The notes: a model not told the origin generated them from the letters alone. 64,000 nt of DNA from Candidatus Bathyarchaeota archaeon (GCA_963767735.1 CAVYES010000006.1:224001-288000); one strand, 5' to 3'; shown: positions 10,300 to 21,094, numbered from the stretch's first letter. Made by a program: numbers and translations.

Positions 10300-11341
10300 T
10301 TATTCCGCTTTCGTGGTTTCAGTAGGCCAGTATTTTGGTTGAATGGCTGCATTTTCTAGCAATGATGGGAACAAGTTTAGAGGCCATGAAGGAGGCATTT
10401 TTGTCAAGTACAACAATACCGTTTCAAGCCCGTTTATTCTTCTAATTTTCTCGTTAGCCTCAAACAACTTGTCGAAATCTTCTAGTGCAACTGCACAGTA
10501 CAAGTCATAAGATCCTATAAGCCTTATAATCACTATCAAGTTTGGAATTTGAAGCAGTTGAGAGTATATTTCTGGCATTTTGCTTCGGTTTGAAACTCTG
10601 ATGTATATGTTGGCAAGAGCTTTGTATCCGAGTTTATTCAGGTTAAGAGTTATTGTAGAAAGAGTTAACAGGTTTCCTCGAAGTTTCTTGTATCTTTGAA
10701 TTACCGTCTTAGTGGATATGTCTAGTTGCAAAGCAATTTTTTTAAAAGGAACGCGTGATTTTTCTGAAAGAATTTTCGCGATTTTTCTGTCTATTTCATC
10801 GATTTGTAATGACGGCTTTATCCAAATTAGTCAAATTAGGATTACGGCTGATTGGACTATCATTTCCTTCTAACTGTTTGATGATTAAGTTTTGAGGAAA
10901 TTCTATGTTTACCGCTTCTGCCCAGATTAAAGCATCAACATGTTTGATGATGCTGTTCGACTCTAAATCTTCAATTATCTCATGTAACTTGTTAAGGTCT
11001 CTTAAGGCTACTTTTCCAAAGAAGTTATAGTTGCCAAATGGGCCTATCAACCCAGCGATGTACGGTTTGCTTTCAAGCAACTTAGCAACTTCTTTTTCGT
11101 TTTCAACAGAGGTTATTATGCCTAAATCAACGATATGGCGATATCCCAAGCAATGAGGGTTAATGAGCATTTTTTCGCCGTTAATTATTTCTTTTTTCCA
11201 CAATTGTTTATAACGCATTGTGACTGCAGTTACTGTAATTTTGCATTCTTTGGCAATATCAGTAAAACTAGTGCGAGATTCAGATAAGAGTATCTTCAAA
11301 ATTTTTGCGTCAATTGCATCAATTTTTACCCGATCTGCCAA
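10300..11341 (-). CDS. Tandem-domain Lrp/AsnC transcriptional regulator (one frameshift near 10810)
   Basis: Two Lrp units: IDAIDAKILKILLSESRTSFTDIAKE and, in the other frame, IDEIDRKIAKILSEKSRVPFKKIALQLD; joins ORFs 10796..11341 and 10300..10731. Confidence 0.8.
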
Positions 11342-11609
11342 AATCGTTACCCTTTAGACCTTGAAATCTGAGTAGAAAACATCATGGCATTTTATATATA
11401 TTTCTCATTCAAAATCTATCAAAGAATTCCCGTATTAGCCTCTTTATTTTTCTATTTTATTTTTTTGTTTCTTAAATTGGAAAAACGGCGGTTCCCAGTA
11501 AAACGATGTTCAGCTTATTGAGTATTTGTTGTAGGCTTAAGCCTGTGACAATTAAAAAAATGACATTTTTTCTCATAATTAAGCTATATTTTGAATAGAT
11601 AGGCATAAC

Positions 11610-11620
11610 TTTATAAATAA
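11610..11620 (+). promoter_or_regulatory. Putative archaeal TATA box
   Basis: TTTATAAATAA upstream of the large surface-protein gene in an AT-rich divergent intergenic region. Confidence 0.4.
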
Positions 11621-11665
11621 AATTCATTTAAATGTTATATGCAACTTATAAGGAGAAAAAGAAAA

Positions 11666-14452
11666 ATGCAAATTGCAAAACATAAAACTGCAGCAATTGC
11701 GATTGCTATATTCTTAACATTTTCCATGATAGCTTCAATGGAGCTAGTGCCAATAACTAGTGCCAGTGCACAACAAGCAGATAACCTACCAACATATGCC
11801 TACATTAGTGCGGCACCAAACCCGGCTGGTGTCGGTCAATCGGTGCTCGTCATCATGTGGTTAACCAACGTCTTTTCTATAGACTCAACGTTGGCAAACG
11901 ACTACAGGTTCCACAACTATGAACTCACCATTACATCACCTAGCGGCGCAACAACGACAACAACGTTTTCTATTGTCCAAGACCCTACATCGGACCAAGA
12001 CTATACCTTCACTCCTAGCGTGGCTGGCACATACACTTTGAACTTTACTTTCCCAGGACAACCATACGACGAATATGCCCATGACACAACTTACATCAAC
12101 CCGCTTTTCGGTCCCCCAGCCGTGCCTGAACCATACTTTAACGACACTTATCTTCCCAGCAGCGCACAAACAACCCTCACTGTCCTGTCAACACCAGTAC
12201 CTGCATATCCAACGACTCCGCTTCCAACTGCATACTGGACTCGCCCGATATACGGTTATAACTCTAACTGGTACACAGTTTCGTCAAACTGGCTAGGTTC
12301 AGGTGCACCCGTTGAATCTTGCGTAGGTTCAGGTGCCATCGGTGCCTTCGGAGCAAACGGTGTCTTTACTGGTGCAGGCCTCAATAGATATCCAGGTGAT
12401 GCTGTAGGTTCTTTAACCAGTCACATCATGTGGACAAAGCCGCTTGACCAAGGAGGCATAGTCGGAGGAAGCAATTTCCAAGTTGCAGGAGATAGTTACT
12501 TCGAAGGTTCCGCATACGTTCAACGATACACCAATCCGATAATAATGGATGGAATACTCTACTATCAAGCACCGCTAGGATACGATTACCCTGCTGGATT
12601 AGGTACATCTGGCGGATCGGGCGGTGGAACTTACGCCGTTAATCTGCAAACAGGACAGCAAATTTGGGAAAACAGTGCAATACCTGCTGGAGCACTATCA
12701 TTTGGTTACATCTATGACGCTCAAAACCCCAACCAAAAAGGAGTTGAACAGCCAGTTCTATTCACATCCAACTTTGCCCAAGCTTATGATGCATGGACAG
12801 GACAGTATCTGTTCAACGTTACCAACATCCCAAGCGGTGGTCCCATAACTATGGGTCCAAACGGTGAAACATTAGACTACATCATTGCAAACGGACAGCT
12901 GGCTGAATGGAATTCATCGAACCTTTGGAACTGGAACATAGTTGTCGGCGGAGGTTCACCAGCTCCTGCCACAAGCACTTTCAGCGTTACAACATCCAAT
13001 GAGCCATTTGCTCCAGGTTTCACCACAACTACCTATACCAACACGGTCAATGGCGGCGTTGGCAGTATGTACGATTCTATAGGACCTAACGGGGCGCAAA
13101 ACGCTACGTTACCAACAGGCCTCCCCGCTTCATTTACTCAAATTGCAGCCTTCTACGGAAATATGATACTTTGCGAAAGTGGCGTTCTGCCTAATACCGA
13201 AATTACCGTTCTAAACAGCGCTATCACTTCCGCGCCATACGAATACTTTGCGCTCAATCTCAACTCATCAAGAGGTGCAGTAGGTTCATTAATGTGGACA
13301 AACGTAGTTGACGCGCCACCAGGCAACTTGACTGTCTTAGAAGGTCCGGTTGATCCAGCGACAGGCGTCTTTATTGAAGGTTGGCAGCAAACTATGCAAT
13401 GGGTAGGATACAACCTGTACACAGGCGCGAAGATATGGGGTCCAACTCCATCCCAAGCACCACTTGACTACTATGGCAACCCAATCACACCCCTGATACA
13501 AGGACAATGTGCATACGGTAATCTCTACAGCATGGGATACGCAGGAATAATGTACTGTTATGATGATAAAACTGGAAAACTACTGTGGACCTACGGTAAC
13601 GGTGGCGAAGGCAACAGCACCTATGCCGGTCCCAACTCGCCTTTCGGTGATTATCCGACATTCATAAATTGCGTTGGTAACGGAGTCATATACGTAATTG
13701 CTTCCGAGCACACTATCAACACCCCGATTTACAAGGGAGCTTTAGCACGCGCTATTAACGCTACAAACGGACAAGAAATCTGGACGCTCTCTGATTACAC
13801 TGGCGAATTCTCAGCTATGAGTTACGCTATGGCAGACGGCTACAATACATGGTTCAACGGATATGACAGCTCAATCTACGTAGTCGGCCAAGGACCAAGC
13901 CAAACCACAATACAAGCGCCCCTGACTGCTGTTACAGAAGGCAGCAAAGCAGTTATACAAGGTAGCGTGATGGACATTTCCGCTGGCACGAAGCAAAACG
14001 AACAGGCAGCTGACTTTCCAAATGGCGTTCCATGCGCATCTGACGCTAGCATGACTCAGTGGATGGCATACGTTTACCAGCAACAACCACTACCAACTAA
14101 TTTCACAGGCGTAACAGTAACGTTAACCGCTATCGATCCGAACCACAATTTCGTCACTCTCGGCACTGCTACAACCAATCAATACGGCGTATTCGACCTC
14201 ACTTGGACTGCTCCAAGCGTTCCAGGCACCTACTCTATCACCGCAACATTCGCTGGCAACAACGGATACTATGGATCAAGCGCATATACTGGCATGGTAG
14301 TATCAGCAGCAGCAGCCACTCCAGCACCAACAGCCGTACCCCCCGCATCGAATACTAACACTTACGTTTTAGGCGCAGCAATCGCAATAATAATAGTGAT
14401 AATCATAATCGGCGCAGTTTTAGCGCTGCTAATGGTTCGAAAACGACCATAA
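11666..14452 (+). CDS. Large secreted PQQ-repeat/beta-propeller cell-surface protein with C-terminal TM anchor
   Basis: Signal peptide (KHKTAAIAIAIFLTF...), TG...W repeats, Ig-like C-terminal region, TPAPT linker, TM helix plus RKRP; AAGGAG RBS before ATG 11666. Confidence 0.8.
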   Translation: MQIAKHKTAAIAIAIFLTFSMIASMELVPITSASAQQADNLPTYAYISAAPNPAGVGQSVLVIMWLTNVFSIDSTLANDYRFHNYELTITSPSGATTTTTFSIVQDPTSDQDYTFTPSVAGTYTLNFTFPGQPYDEYAHDTTYINPLFGPPAVPEPYFNDTYLPSSAQTTLTVLSTPVPAYPTTPLPTAYWTRPIYGYNSNWYTVSSNWLGSGAPVESCVGSGAIGAFGANGVFTGAGLNRYPGDAVGSLTSHIMWTKPLDQGGIVGGSNFQVAGDSYFEGSAYVQRYTNPIIMDGILYYQAPLGYDYPAGLGTSGGSGGGTYAVNLQTGQQIWENSAIPAGALSFGYIYDAQNPNQKGVEQPVLFTSNFAQAYDAWTGQYLFNVTNIPSGGPITMGPNGETLDYIIANGQLAEWNSSNLWNWNIVVGGGSPAPATSTFSVTTSNEPFAPGFTTTTYTNTVNGGVGSMYDSIGPNGAQNATLPTGLPASFTQIAAFYGNMILCESGVLPNTEITVLNSAITSAPYEYFALNLNSSRGAVGSLMWTNVVDAPPGNLTVLEGPVDPATGVFIEGWQQTMQWVGYNLYTGAKIWGPTPSQAPLDYYGNPITPLIQGQCAYGNLYSMGYAGIMYCYDDKTGKLLWTYGNGGEGNSTYAGPNSPFGDYPTFINCVGNGVIYVIASEHTINTPIYKGALARAINATNGQEIWTLSDYTGEFSAMSYAMADGYNTWFNGYDSSIYVVGQGPSQTTIQAPLTAVTEGSKAVIQGSVMDISAGTKQNEQAADFPNGVPCASDASMTQWMAYVYQQQPLPTNFTGVTVTLTAIDPNHNFVTLGTATTNQYGVFDLTWTAPSVPGTYSITATFAGNNGYYGSSAYTGMVVSAAAATPAPTAVPPASNTNTYVLGAAIAIIIVIIIIGAVLALLMVRKRP

Positions 14453-14459
14453 ACCCAGT

Positions 14460-14494
14460 AAGGGAAAAAACAAATTTCCCCTTTTATTTTTTTG
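14460..14494 (+). terminator. Hairpin plus T-run terminator
   Basis: AAGGGAAA...TTTCCCCTT followed by TTATTTTTTT just after the stop codon. Confidence 0.55.
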
Positions 14495-14570
14495 TTAATT
14501 TCTAAATGAGAACTTTTTTCAAATTATTTAAATCTTAAAATGCACCTATTCGCAATGCTTACTCGAAAGA

Positions 14571-15401
14571 ATGAGGAGTAAACAGTTGCAACAGGACCCA
14601 ACGCTTAAGGAAAAAATTCACCAAGCAAACGTTTCCGTTCACCAGCATGAAGCACGATACTATGAACTGCTCCATCCAGAAGTATACGGTAAACAAGAGC
14701 AGAAAAGAATAGTTGCAGAGCTAGAACTGATTAACAAAATTGTGACAGATAACCAAAAAAACGCTCTTGATGTCGGAGCAGGCACCGGCAACTTAACAGG
14801 CAAACTTTTGCACATGGGCTATAAAGTTACCGCCGTAGACATCTCCGCAGAAATGTGTGCCATCCTCCAAACAAAATACAACGTTTACTTGAAAAATAAC
14901 AAATTAACTATAATCAACAAACCAATAGAAAATCTGGCTTTTGATGCTAGAGAATTTGACTTAATAACCTGCTACTCTGTGCTTCATCATCTTCCTGATT
15001 ACGTCAACTCCCTCAGAAGCCTCTCAGTTCTGCTAAAGAAAGGCGGCGTAATCTACATTGACCACGAAGCCTCCCCCTTTTATTGGAAAACTGAACCAAC
15101 CAGCTTATCCAACCTAATCAAAAGCACCTATTTTCATTCGAACCCCGTATTAAACAGCGTATACTTCCAAATTATTGGGCTAAAAGTTCCCTCAATCGAC
15201 TATTCCCTATCGGATTACTGGCACAAAAAAGAACACTCACTGGATCACAAAAGCATAGATGCAGTATTCAAAAAAGAAAAATATGAATTCTCAAAACGCA
15301 CGGACTATTACCAAAACAGCACCTGGATTCCGAATCCTCTATCCATAATTTATCGTCTCGTTTGCAAGCCTGAAATGAGTTATTGGATAGCCAAAAAATA
15401 A
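14571..15401 (+). CDS. Class I SAM-dependent methyltransferase
   Basis: ALDVGAGTG motif I, VDIS, FDLITCYSVLHH, LKKGG. Confidence 0.85.
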   Translation: MRSKQLQQDPTLKEKIHQANVSVHQHEARYYELLHPEVYGKQEQKRIVAELELINKIVTDNQKNALDVGAGTGNLTGKLLHMGYKVTAVDISAEMCAILQTKYNVYLKNNKLTIINKPIENLAFDAREFDLITCYSVLHHLPDYVNSLRSLSVLLKKGGVIYIDHEASPFYWKTEPTSLSNLIKSTYFHSNPVLNSVYFQIIGLKVPSIDYSLSDYWHKKEHSLDHKSIDAVFKKEKYEFSKRTDYYQNSTWIPNPLSIIYRLVCKPEMSYWIAKK

Positions 15402-16778
15402 TCAAGCAATTCCTACGGTTTTTTGTGCGTTGGGATTTAATCTCCTTTTTGCAAAGTTCACAACGCCTTCACGCCTAATTCTCTTCATTATCTGCTTTGG
15501 TGACCTGTGAAATTCTTTGAAAAATCTTCTTTGAATCGCCATAAGCGAGTTATAGTCAAATTCGTCAGTTTTTACGCTTAGCAAAAACTCGTCAAGACGG
15601 ACGTAATTTTTCGACTCCAAAACTTCTTGGTAGAGCTTGCTGTCTGGATTAGCAATAAAAATGTTGAATAGACACCAGTCAGGATTTAGTTTTTTAGCGA
15701 ATTTTAACGAGGTTTCCATGTCCTTTAACGTTTCATCTGGAACGCCGAGCATGAATGAGCACGCAGTTTTTATTCCGTTTTTGCTGCAAAGTTTGAACGC
15801 GCTTTCTATCTGCTCAAGCGTGGTATTTCTGCCGATCCGCTGTAAAATTTTCTGTGAACCTGATTCAACTCCAAACCAAATGGTTTTGCAACCAGCTTCC
15901 CTCATTTTTTCTAAAAGTTCTTGATCTACCAAATCCACACGTGTATCGCAGACCCATTCTAAATCCATCTTGTTTTTTATCATGAGATTGCATAATTCAA
16001 TTGTTTCTTTTTTTCTAATAGTAAAGTTGTCATTGATAAAGTAAAGACCCTTTGTGCCATATTTGCTTTGTAAATCTTGGATTTCGTCAATAACTCTCTG
16101 CGGACTGAAGGCGCGGCAAATGTTTCCCCACAGTTTCTTTGTTTCGCAAAAACCACAGCTAAATACGCATCCACGTGAGATGCTCATGACATCGGCGGGT
16201 TTAACGCTCAAATACTCTATAGTTCTATCGTAGAGTTCAAGCGGCAATAAGTGCCTTGCTGGATAAGGGATTTCGTCAAGGTTTTCGATAAATTTTGGTG
16301 GATTTTTGATGTTTTTTCCTTTGCGTCTGCATGCAACGCCTGGGATAGTTGCGGCAGCAGACTCATTGTTGTTAGTGATGCATGTTGCGAGTTGTGTTAT
16401 GGCTCTCTCGCCTTCACCCATAACCACATAATCGATTTCTGGGTTCGCCAGTAAACTATCAGGCACATAGGAAGCGTGCCAACCACCAACAACTATTCTG
16501 CAGTTAGGCAGGGCTTCTTTGATGGCCCTCGCGGTCTCTACACATCGCGCATAGGTGGCTGAGCCACATGTAATGCCTACAATTTGCGGGTTAAGGTTTG
16601 TGACTAACTGCTTGATTTCACCGATTGATTTTTTCATGAGATAGTTGTCGAGCATTTGCACTTCGAAACCTGCTTTTTCGAGTGCGGCGGCAACGTACAT
16701 TAAGCCTATCGGAGGCAACCGTTTGCCAAGATACCATGCGCCGTTTTCGGGCGGAGCAGTAGTCATTAAGAGAATCAA
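15402..16778 (-). CDS. Cobalamin-binding radical SAM protein (class B), paralog 4
   Basis: PPIGLMYVAAAL, GGWH, SRGCVFSCGFC, FGVESGS. Confidence 0.9.
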   Translation of the reverse strand: MILLMTTAPPENGAWYLGKRLPPIGLMYVAAALEKAGFEVQMLDNYLMKKSIGEIKQLVTNLNPQIVGITCGSATYARCVETARAIKEALPNCRIVVGGWHASYVPDSLLANPEIDYVVMGEGERAITQLATCITNNNESAAATIPGVACRRKGKNIKNPPKFIENLDEIPYPARHLLPLELYDRTIEYLSVKPADVMSISRGCVFSCGFCETKKLWGNICRAFSPQRVIDEIQDLQSKYGTKGLYFINDNFTIRKKETIELCNLMIKNKMDLEWVCDTRVDLVDQELLEKMREAGCKTIWFGVESGSQKILQRIGRNTTLEQIESAFKLCSKNGIKTACSFMLGVPDETLKDMETSLKFAKKLNPDWCLFNIFIANPDSKLYQEVLESKNYVRLDEFLLSVKTDEFDYNSLMAIQRRFFKEFHRSPKQIMKRIRREGVVNFAKRRLNPNAQKTVGIA

Positions 16779-17020
16779 TTGAGGATTTTCTCCTGTTTGC
16801 AGAATTGTTTGTTCCGTAGTTTATTGTGCACGTTTTGTCTCTCTGTGAACGTTTGCTTATTTTGATTAATTGCGAGTTTATAGGTTTAACTGAACTTGGT
16901 GATGATGCATGTTTCTTTTGTGTTTTGCTGTTTTTGAGATTAACCTCTTCGTGGGGAATGGGTTAAAGAAAAGGTTTATAGCCCTTTCAAGTGCCTTTTC
17001 CAGAAGGATGAGGTTTCAAA

Positions 17021-17737
17021 ATGAAAGTTGTTGTCCACTGGAGTGGGGGCAAAGAATGCGGCTTAGCTTACCACAAAGTTATCAAACAGGGACATCAGGT
17101 TGCTTATCTTCTCACCTTTGAGTATATGAAACCGTATGTTTTTCACAGTTTTCCAATGATGGAACTCCAATCCCAAACTTTGGGGACTCCCTTGAAGCGG
17201 GTTAGAATCAAAAAAGCATACGAGGACATCCTCAAAACTTTGACAACGTTACATGACGAAGAAGGAATCGAAGGCATCGTAACGGGCGACATAGTTGGAG
17301 CAGGATGCGCAGTTGTCCACTCCAGCTACTACGAGAGCATGTGCAAACAGTTAGGCATGGCTTTTATGATGCCTTTAGAAAACCCTTCAGGAGACACTTA
17401 TGATGTGTTGAAAGAAGTGGTTCAGACCGGCTTAAGACCAGTGTTAAACTGCATTAATACTAATTTCTTTGGTGAAGAATGGTTGGGGCGAGCCATAGAC
17501 AGCAACTCTATCAAAGAACTAAAAGAGTTAGCCGACGAAAAAAACATAGATGTTTCCAGCGAAGACGGACAAGGCTACCACAGCACAGTTGTCGACGCTC
17601 CGCTTTTCAAAGAATCCATCGGAATAGGCAAATTCAATAAGAAAACCAAGAAGGAAAAGTCGAAGAATTGGAAGAGAAATTGGCTGTATATGGACATCAA
17701 AGAAGCATATTTAAAACCCAAAGAAACACCCAAATGA
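17021..17737 (+). CDS. DUF71/Dph6-like PP-loop ATP pyrophosphatase, divergent paralog
   Basis: WSGGKEC (vs SGGKDS), GIVTGDI, WLGR, GYHSTVVDAPLF. Confidence 0.8.
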   Translation: MKVVVHWSGGKECGLAYHKVIKQGHQVAYLLTFEYMKPYVFHSFPMMELQSQTLGTPLKRVRIKKAYEDILKTLTTLHDEEGIEGIVTGDIVGAGCAVVHSSYYESMCKQLGMAFMMPLENPSGDTYDVLKEVVQTGLRPVLNCINTNFFGEEWLGRAIDSNSIKELKELADEKNIDVSSEDGQGYHSTVVDAPLFKESIGIGKFNKKTKKEKSKNWKRNWLYMDIKEAYLKPKETPK

Positions 17738-17888
17738 TCAGCAAATCAAAATCCTCATTATTTACTCCTAACTTTTCCCAGTTATCTCTGGTGATTCGCG
17801 CAGTTTGGGAAAAATCTAAATTTTGCATAAAGTAAATGAACCTGAACGCGCTTATGGGGTACAAAACTCTATTGTTTCAGGGAAGAAC

Positions 17889-19301
17889 ATGAAAACTCGC
17901 GTAACCCTTGTGAATCCACCCTACCCTGTCGGTTCCCATCAGCATCCACCTTTTATGCCCTTAGGTCTCGGGTACTTGGGTGCGGTGTTGTACAAGAATC
18001 ATTTTGAAGTTAACGTGATTGATTGTCAAGCGCAAAAACTCACTCATAAACAGTTTAGAGAAGAAATCGGTAAAGTCCAGCCTGACATCGTTGGAGTCAC
18101 CTCAACCACTCTCACATACAAGTCTGCCCTTCGAATAGTAAAAATCTGCAAAGAAGTTTGGCCAAACTGCATAACTGCAATCGGAGGTCCACATGTTACC
18201 TTCTGGGATGACCAGGCATTGCAAGAAGAGCCATCCTTAGATGTTGTTGTCAGACGGGAGGGCGAAAACACCATGTTGGAGCTTGCACAGCGAGTGGAGA
18301 GCGGTCAATCTTTCTTTGACCTTGTAGGTACTACTTGCAGGAAGGGTACAGAAGTAGTGAAGAACCCTGATCGACCTTTCTTGGAAGACCTCGACAGCTT
18401 GCCTTATCCAGCGCTTCATCTTTGGCAGCACACTGCGAATCTGCGGAAGTACGGAACGATACCTTATCCTGTGATGACCAGTCGAGGTTGCGTGTACTGG
18501 TGTAACTTCTGCACAGCCGTCAGAATGTTCGGCAGAAGGTACCGCATGAGAAGCCCCAAAAATGTGGTTGACGAGTTAGAGTTTCTCCACAAAAACTACT
18601 ATGCAAACCAGTTCACGTTCTACGACGATGCATTTACCGTGGATCAAGATAGAACGGCAAAAATATGCGATGAAATTCAGCGAAGAGGACTCAAAATCAA
18701 ATGGGACTGTGAAACCCGAGTAGACATGGTTAGTAAAGAGCTCTTCGTAAAAATGAGGGCGGCGGGCTGTATAGCTGTTTGGTTCGGTGTGGAATCAGGT
18801 TCAAAGAAAGTGTTAACCAGCATGGGCAAAGGCTTCTCGCTTACCCAAACTAGAAGAGCGTTTAAGTGGGCGAAAGAAGCAGGGTTAATGACGGTTGCAG
18901 GCGTTATTTTGGGTTTTCCTGGAGAAACAAAAGAAAGCGCTTGGGAAACAGTTCAGTTTGTAAAGGAATTGAACCCTAACGATGTCGGTTTCTACATAGC
19001 TACACCTTACCCCGGAACACCTATGTATGAAGAAGTCAAAGCTAACGGCTCCCTCAAAATAACTAACTTCGACAAATATGACACTGCGACACCAACCTTT
19101 GAGATTCCAAACATGACCATGCAAGAACTCACAGAAATTAGAGAACAAGCATTCCAAAGCTTCTACCTAAGCCCAGCCTACTTCGTCAGTGCGTTAGGCA
19201 TGTTCAGGCAAGGAAAAATGTGGGGTCTAGGCGCCACCCGTCTAATAATGGCGCATGCTCGAAGGGCAATCATTGCAAAAGCAAACAACCTGCTGAAGTA
19301 A
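17889..19301 (+). CDS. Cobalamin-binding radical SAM protein (class B), paralog 5
   Basis: LVNPP, PLGLGYL, GGPH, TSRGCVYWCNFC; likely start ATG 17889. Confidence 0.9.
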   Translation: MKTRVTLVNPPYPVGSHQHPPFMPLGLGYLGAVLYKNHFEVNVIDCQAQKLTHKQFREEIGKVQPDIVGVTSTTLTYKSALRIVKICKEVWPNCITAIGGPHVTFWDDQALQEEPSLDVVVRREGENTMLELAQRVESGQSFFDLVGTTCRKGTEVVKNPDRPFLEDLDSLPYPALHLWQHTANLRKYGTIPYPVMTSRGCVYWCNFCTAVRMFGRRYRMRSPKNVVDELEFLHKNYYANQFTFYDDAFTVDQDRTAKICDEIQRRGLKIKWDCETRVDMVSKELFVKMRAAGCIAVWFGVESGSKKVLTSMGKGFSLTQTRRAFKWAKEAGLMTVAGVILGFPGETKESAWETVQFVKELNPNDVGFYIATPYPGTPMYEEVKANGSLKITNFDKYDTATPTFEIPNMTMQELTEIREQAFQSFYLSPAYFVSALGMFRQGKMWGLGATRLIMAHARRAIIAKANNLLK

Positions 19302-19329
19302 AAAGAGGGCGCAAGGAGAAAGCCAACCG

Positions 19330-20700
19330 TTGATTTTATTGATGACCACCGCTCCACCATTAAAGTCACCTTGGGGGATGGCGGGAAGACTGCCGCCGTT
19401 AGGCTTAGCCTATGTTGCTGCGGTCCTGGAGAAAAATGGCTTTCAAGTTGAAATTTACGATAATTACCTGCTTGAGAGACCCATTGAAGAAGTTAAATCG
19501 GAAATAAGAAAGCGGTCGCCCGAAATAGTTGGTATAACCTGTAATTCTTTGGCTTATGAACGCTGCATAGAGTTGGCCAAAGCAGTCAAGGCGGCCTGTC
19601 CGTCTTGTCGGGTGGTTGTTGGTGGTCCACATGCTTCGTATATGCCCCAAACTCTATTGGAGCACTCAGAAATAGATTTCGTAGTTATTGGCGAGGGCGA
19701 ACAGGCAATGGTTAAGCTTGCCTCTAGCATCATAAAAGGTGAACCAGCCGAGTCAGCAACATTAATTCCTGGTGTCGCATGTAAAATCGGCAGCGGGATA
19801 GTCAAGATTGCGCCTCAATTTATTAGCGATTTGGATTCGATTCCGTTTCCAGCTCGACATTTGTTGCCTATGCGAATGTATGATCGTGCGTTGAGCTATT
19901 TGACTGTTAAACCCGTTGACACCATGAGTGTACATCGCGGTTGCCCTTACAAATGTGCGTACTGTGAAACTAGAGAGCTTTGGGGGACAGCTTGCCGAGC
20001 GTTTTCACCTCAAAGAGTCATCGACGAAATAAAGCACATGACAAAAACCTTTGGCACTAAGGGCATCTATTTTGTAGGCGACAACTTTACCATAAACAAA
20101 AAACGCACCACCGAGATATGCCAACTAATCAAAAGCAACAAGATAGACCTGAAATGGACCTGCGAAACCAGAGCGGACCTAGTCTCCAAAGAATTGCTCT
20201 CTGAAATGAAATCTTCAGGCTGCCAAACCATGTTTTTCGGGGTCGAGTCAGGTTCGCCTAGAATTCAGCAGAAACTCAACAAAGGCATTGACCTGCAGGA
20301 GATCCCTCGCACTTTTGAGCTTTGCAGGCAAGTGGGCATACAGACTGCAACTTCTTTCATGCTCGGCATTCCTGGAGAAACAGTAGCTGACATGAATGCT
20401 ACCTTCGAGTTCGCGAAAAAGCTGAAGGCGGACTGGTGCATGTTCAACATTTACATTGCCTGTCCAGGCAGCGCATTGTATGATGAAGTGATTAGCCAAG
20501 GCCTCTACGACCAGTTGGATAATTATCTGGCAAGAGTCAAAACCAAAGAGTTCGATTATGATATGCTGGTGAAGATTCAGCGGGATTTCCAGCGGCAATG
20601 TCAAAAATCGTCGTCATCGAAGCTTATGCGGGTTGTCAAGCAGGAAGGCTTGGGCAGCGCAGTTAAGAAGAGTGCAAAAGTGGTTTTTCACCGCTCATAA
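19330..20700 (+). CDS. Cobalamin-binding radical SAM protein (class B), paralog 6
   Basis: PPLGLAYVAAVL, GGPH, RGCPYKCAYC, FGVESGS; close paralog of 15402..16778. Confidence 0.9.
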   Translation: MILLMTTAPPLKSPWGMAGRLPPLGLAYVAAVLEKNGFQVEIYDNYLLERPIEEVKSEIRKRSPEIVGITCNSLAYERCIELAKAVKAACPSCRVVVGGPHASYMPQTLLEHSEIDFVVIGEGEQAMVKLASSIIKGEPAESATLIPGVACKIGSGIVKIAPQFISDLDSIPFPARHLLPMRMYDRALSYLTVKPVDTMSVHRGCPYKCAYCETRELWGTACRAFSPQRVIDEIKHMTKTFGTKGIYFVGDNFTINKKRTTEICQLIKSNKIDLKWTCETRADLVSKELLSEMKSSGCQTMFFGVESGSPRIQQKLNKGIDLQEIPRTFELCRQVGIQTATSFMLGIPGETVADMNATFEFAKKLKADWCMFNIYIACPGSALYDEVISQGLYDQLDNYLARVKTKEFDYDMLVKIQRDFQRQCQKSSSSKLMRVVKQEGLGSAVKKSAKVVFHRS

Positions 20701-20797
20701 TTGGAGTTTGATTACCTCAGGCGTGTTGACGGGGGCGGATTGCTTTTTACTTGTCAGAGTGAGGTGTTAATAGTGGAGCGAGGGGAGCTTGGTTTTG

Positions 20798-21094
20798 TTA
20801 TATGGTTATGTTAATTGTTTTTAGAATGTCACGGTAAGCCTTAAGAGGCGTTTCCTTGTCGCTGACATTTTTTATCAGCATTCGCCCACCATCAAATAAG
20901 CTAACGTCAAGCTTCATGTAATCAAACATCAAAACCATCGGAGATTTCACTCGGATTTTGCAGTGCTGCTTTTTGATTTTTTCGGATGCCTCGTTCATAT
21001 TGAACTTTAGAGGTTGCGCTGGAGTTATATCCGCAGTTGTACCTCCGCAGAGCCAAACAACATGCAGGTTGCCCACAACTTCTTTTTCAACCAT
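20798..21094 (-). CDS. Small protein resembling the C-terminal domain of some ThiF/MoeB adenylyltransferases
   Basis: WLCGG...ITP...SLFDGGRMLIKNV pattern resembles LCGR...FxDGRALI. Confidence 0.5.
   Translation of the reverse strand: MVEKEVVGNLHVVWLCGGTTADITPAQPLKFNMNEASEKIKKQHCKIRVKSPMVLMFDYMKLDVSLFDGGRMLIKNVSDKETPLKAYRDILKTINITI

Noticed and set aside
20713-20766. Weak hairpin (ACCTCA...TGAGGT) between convergent genes
   Set aside because: Short and GU-rich; at most a terminator-like structure.
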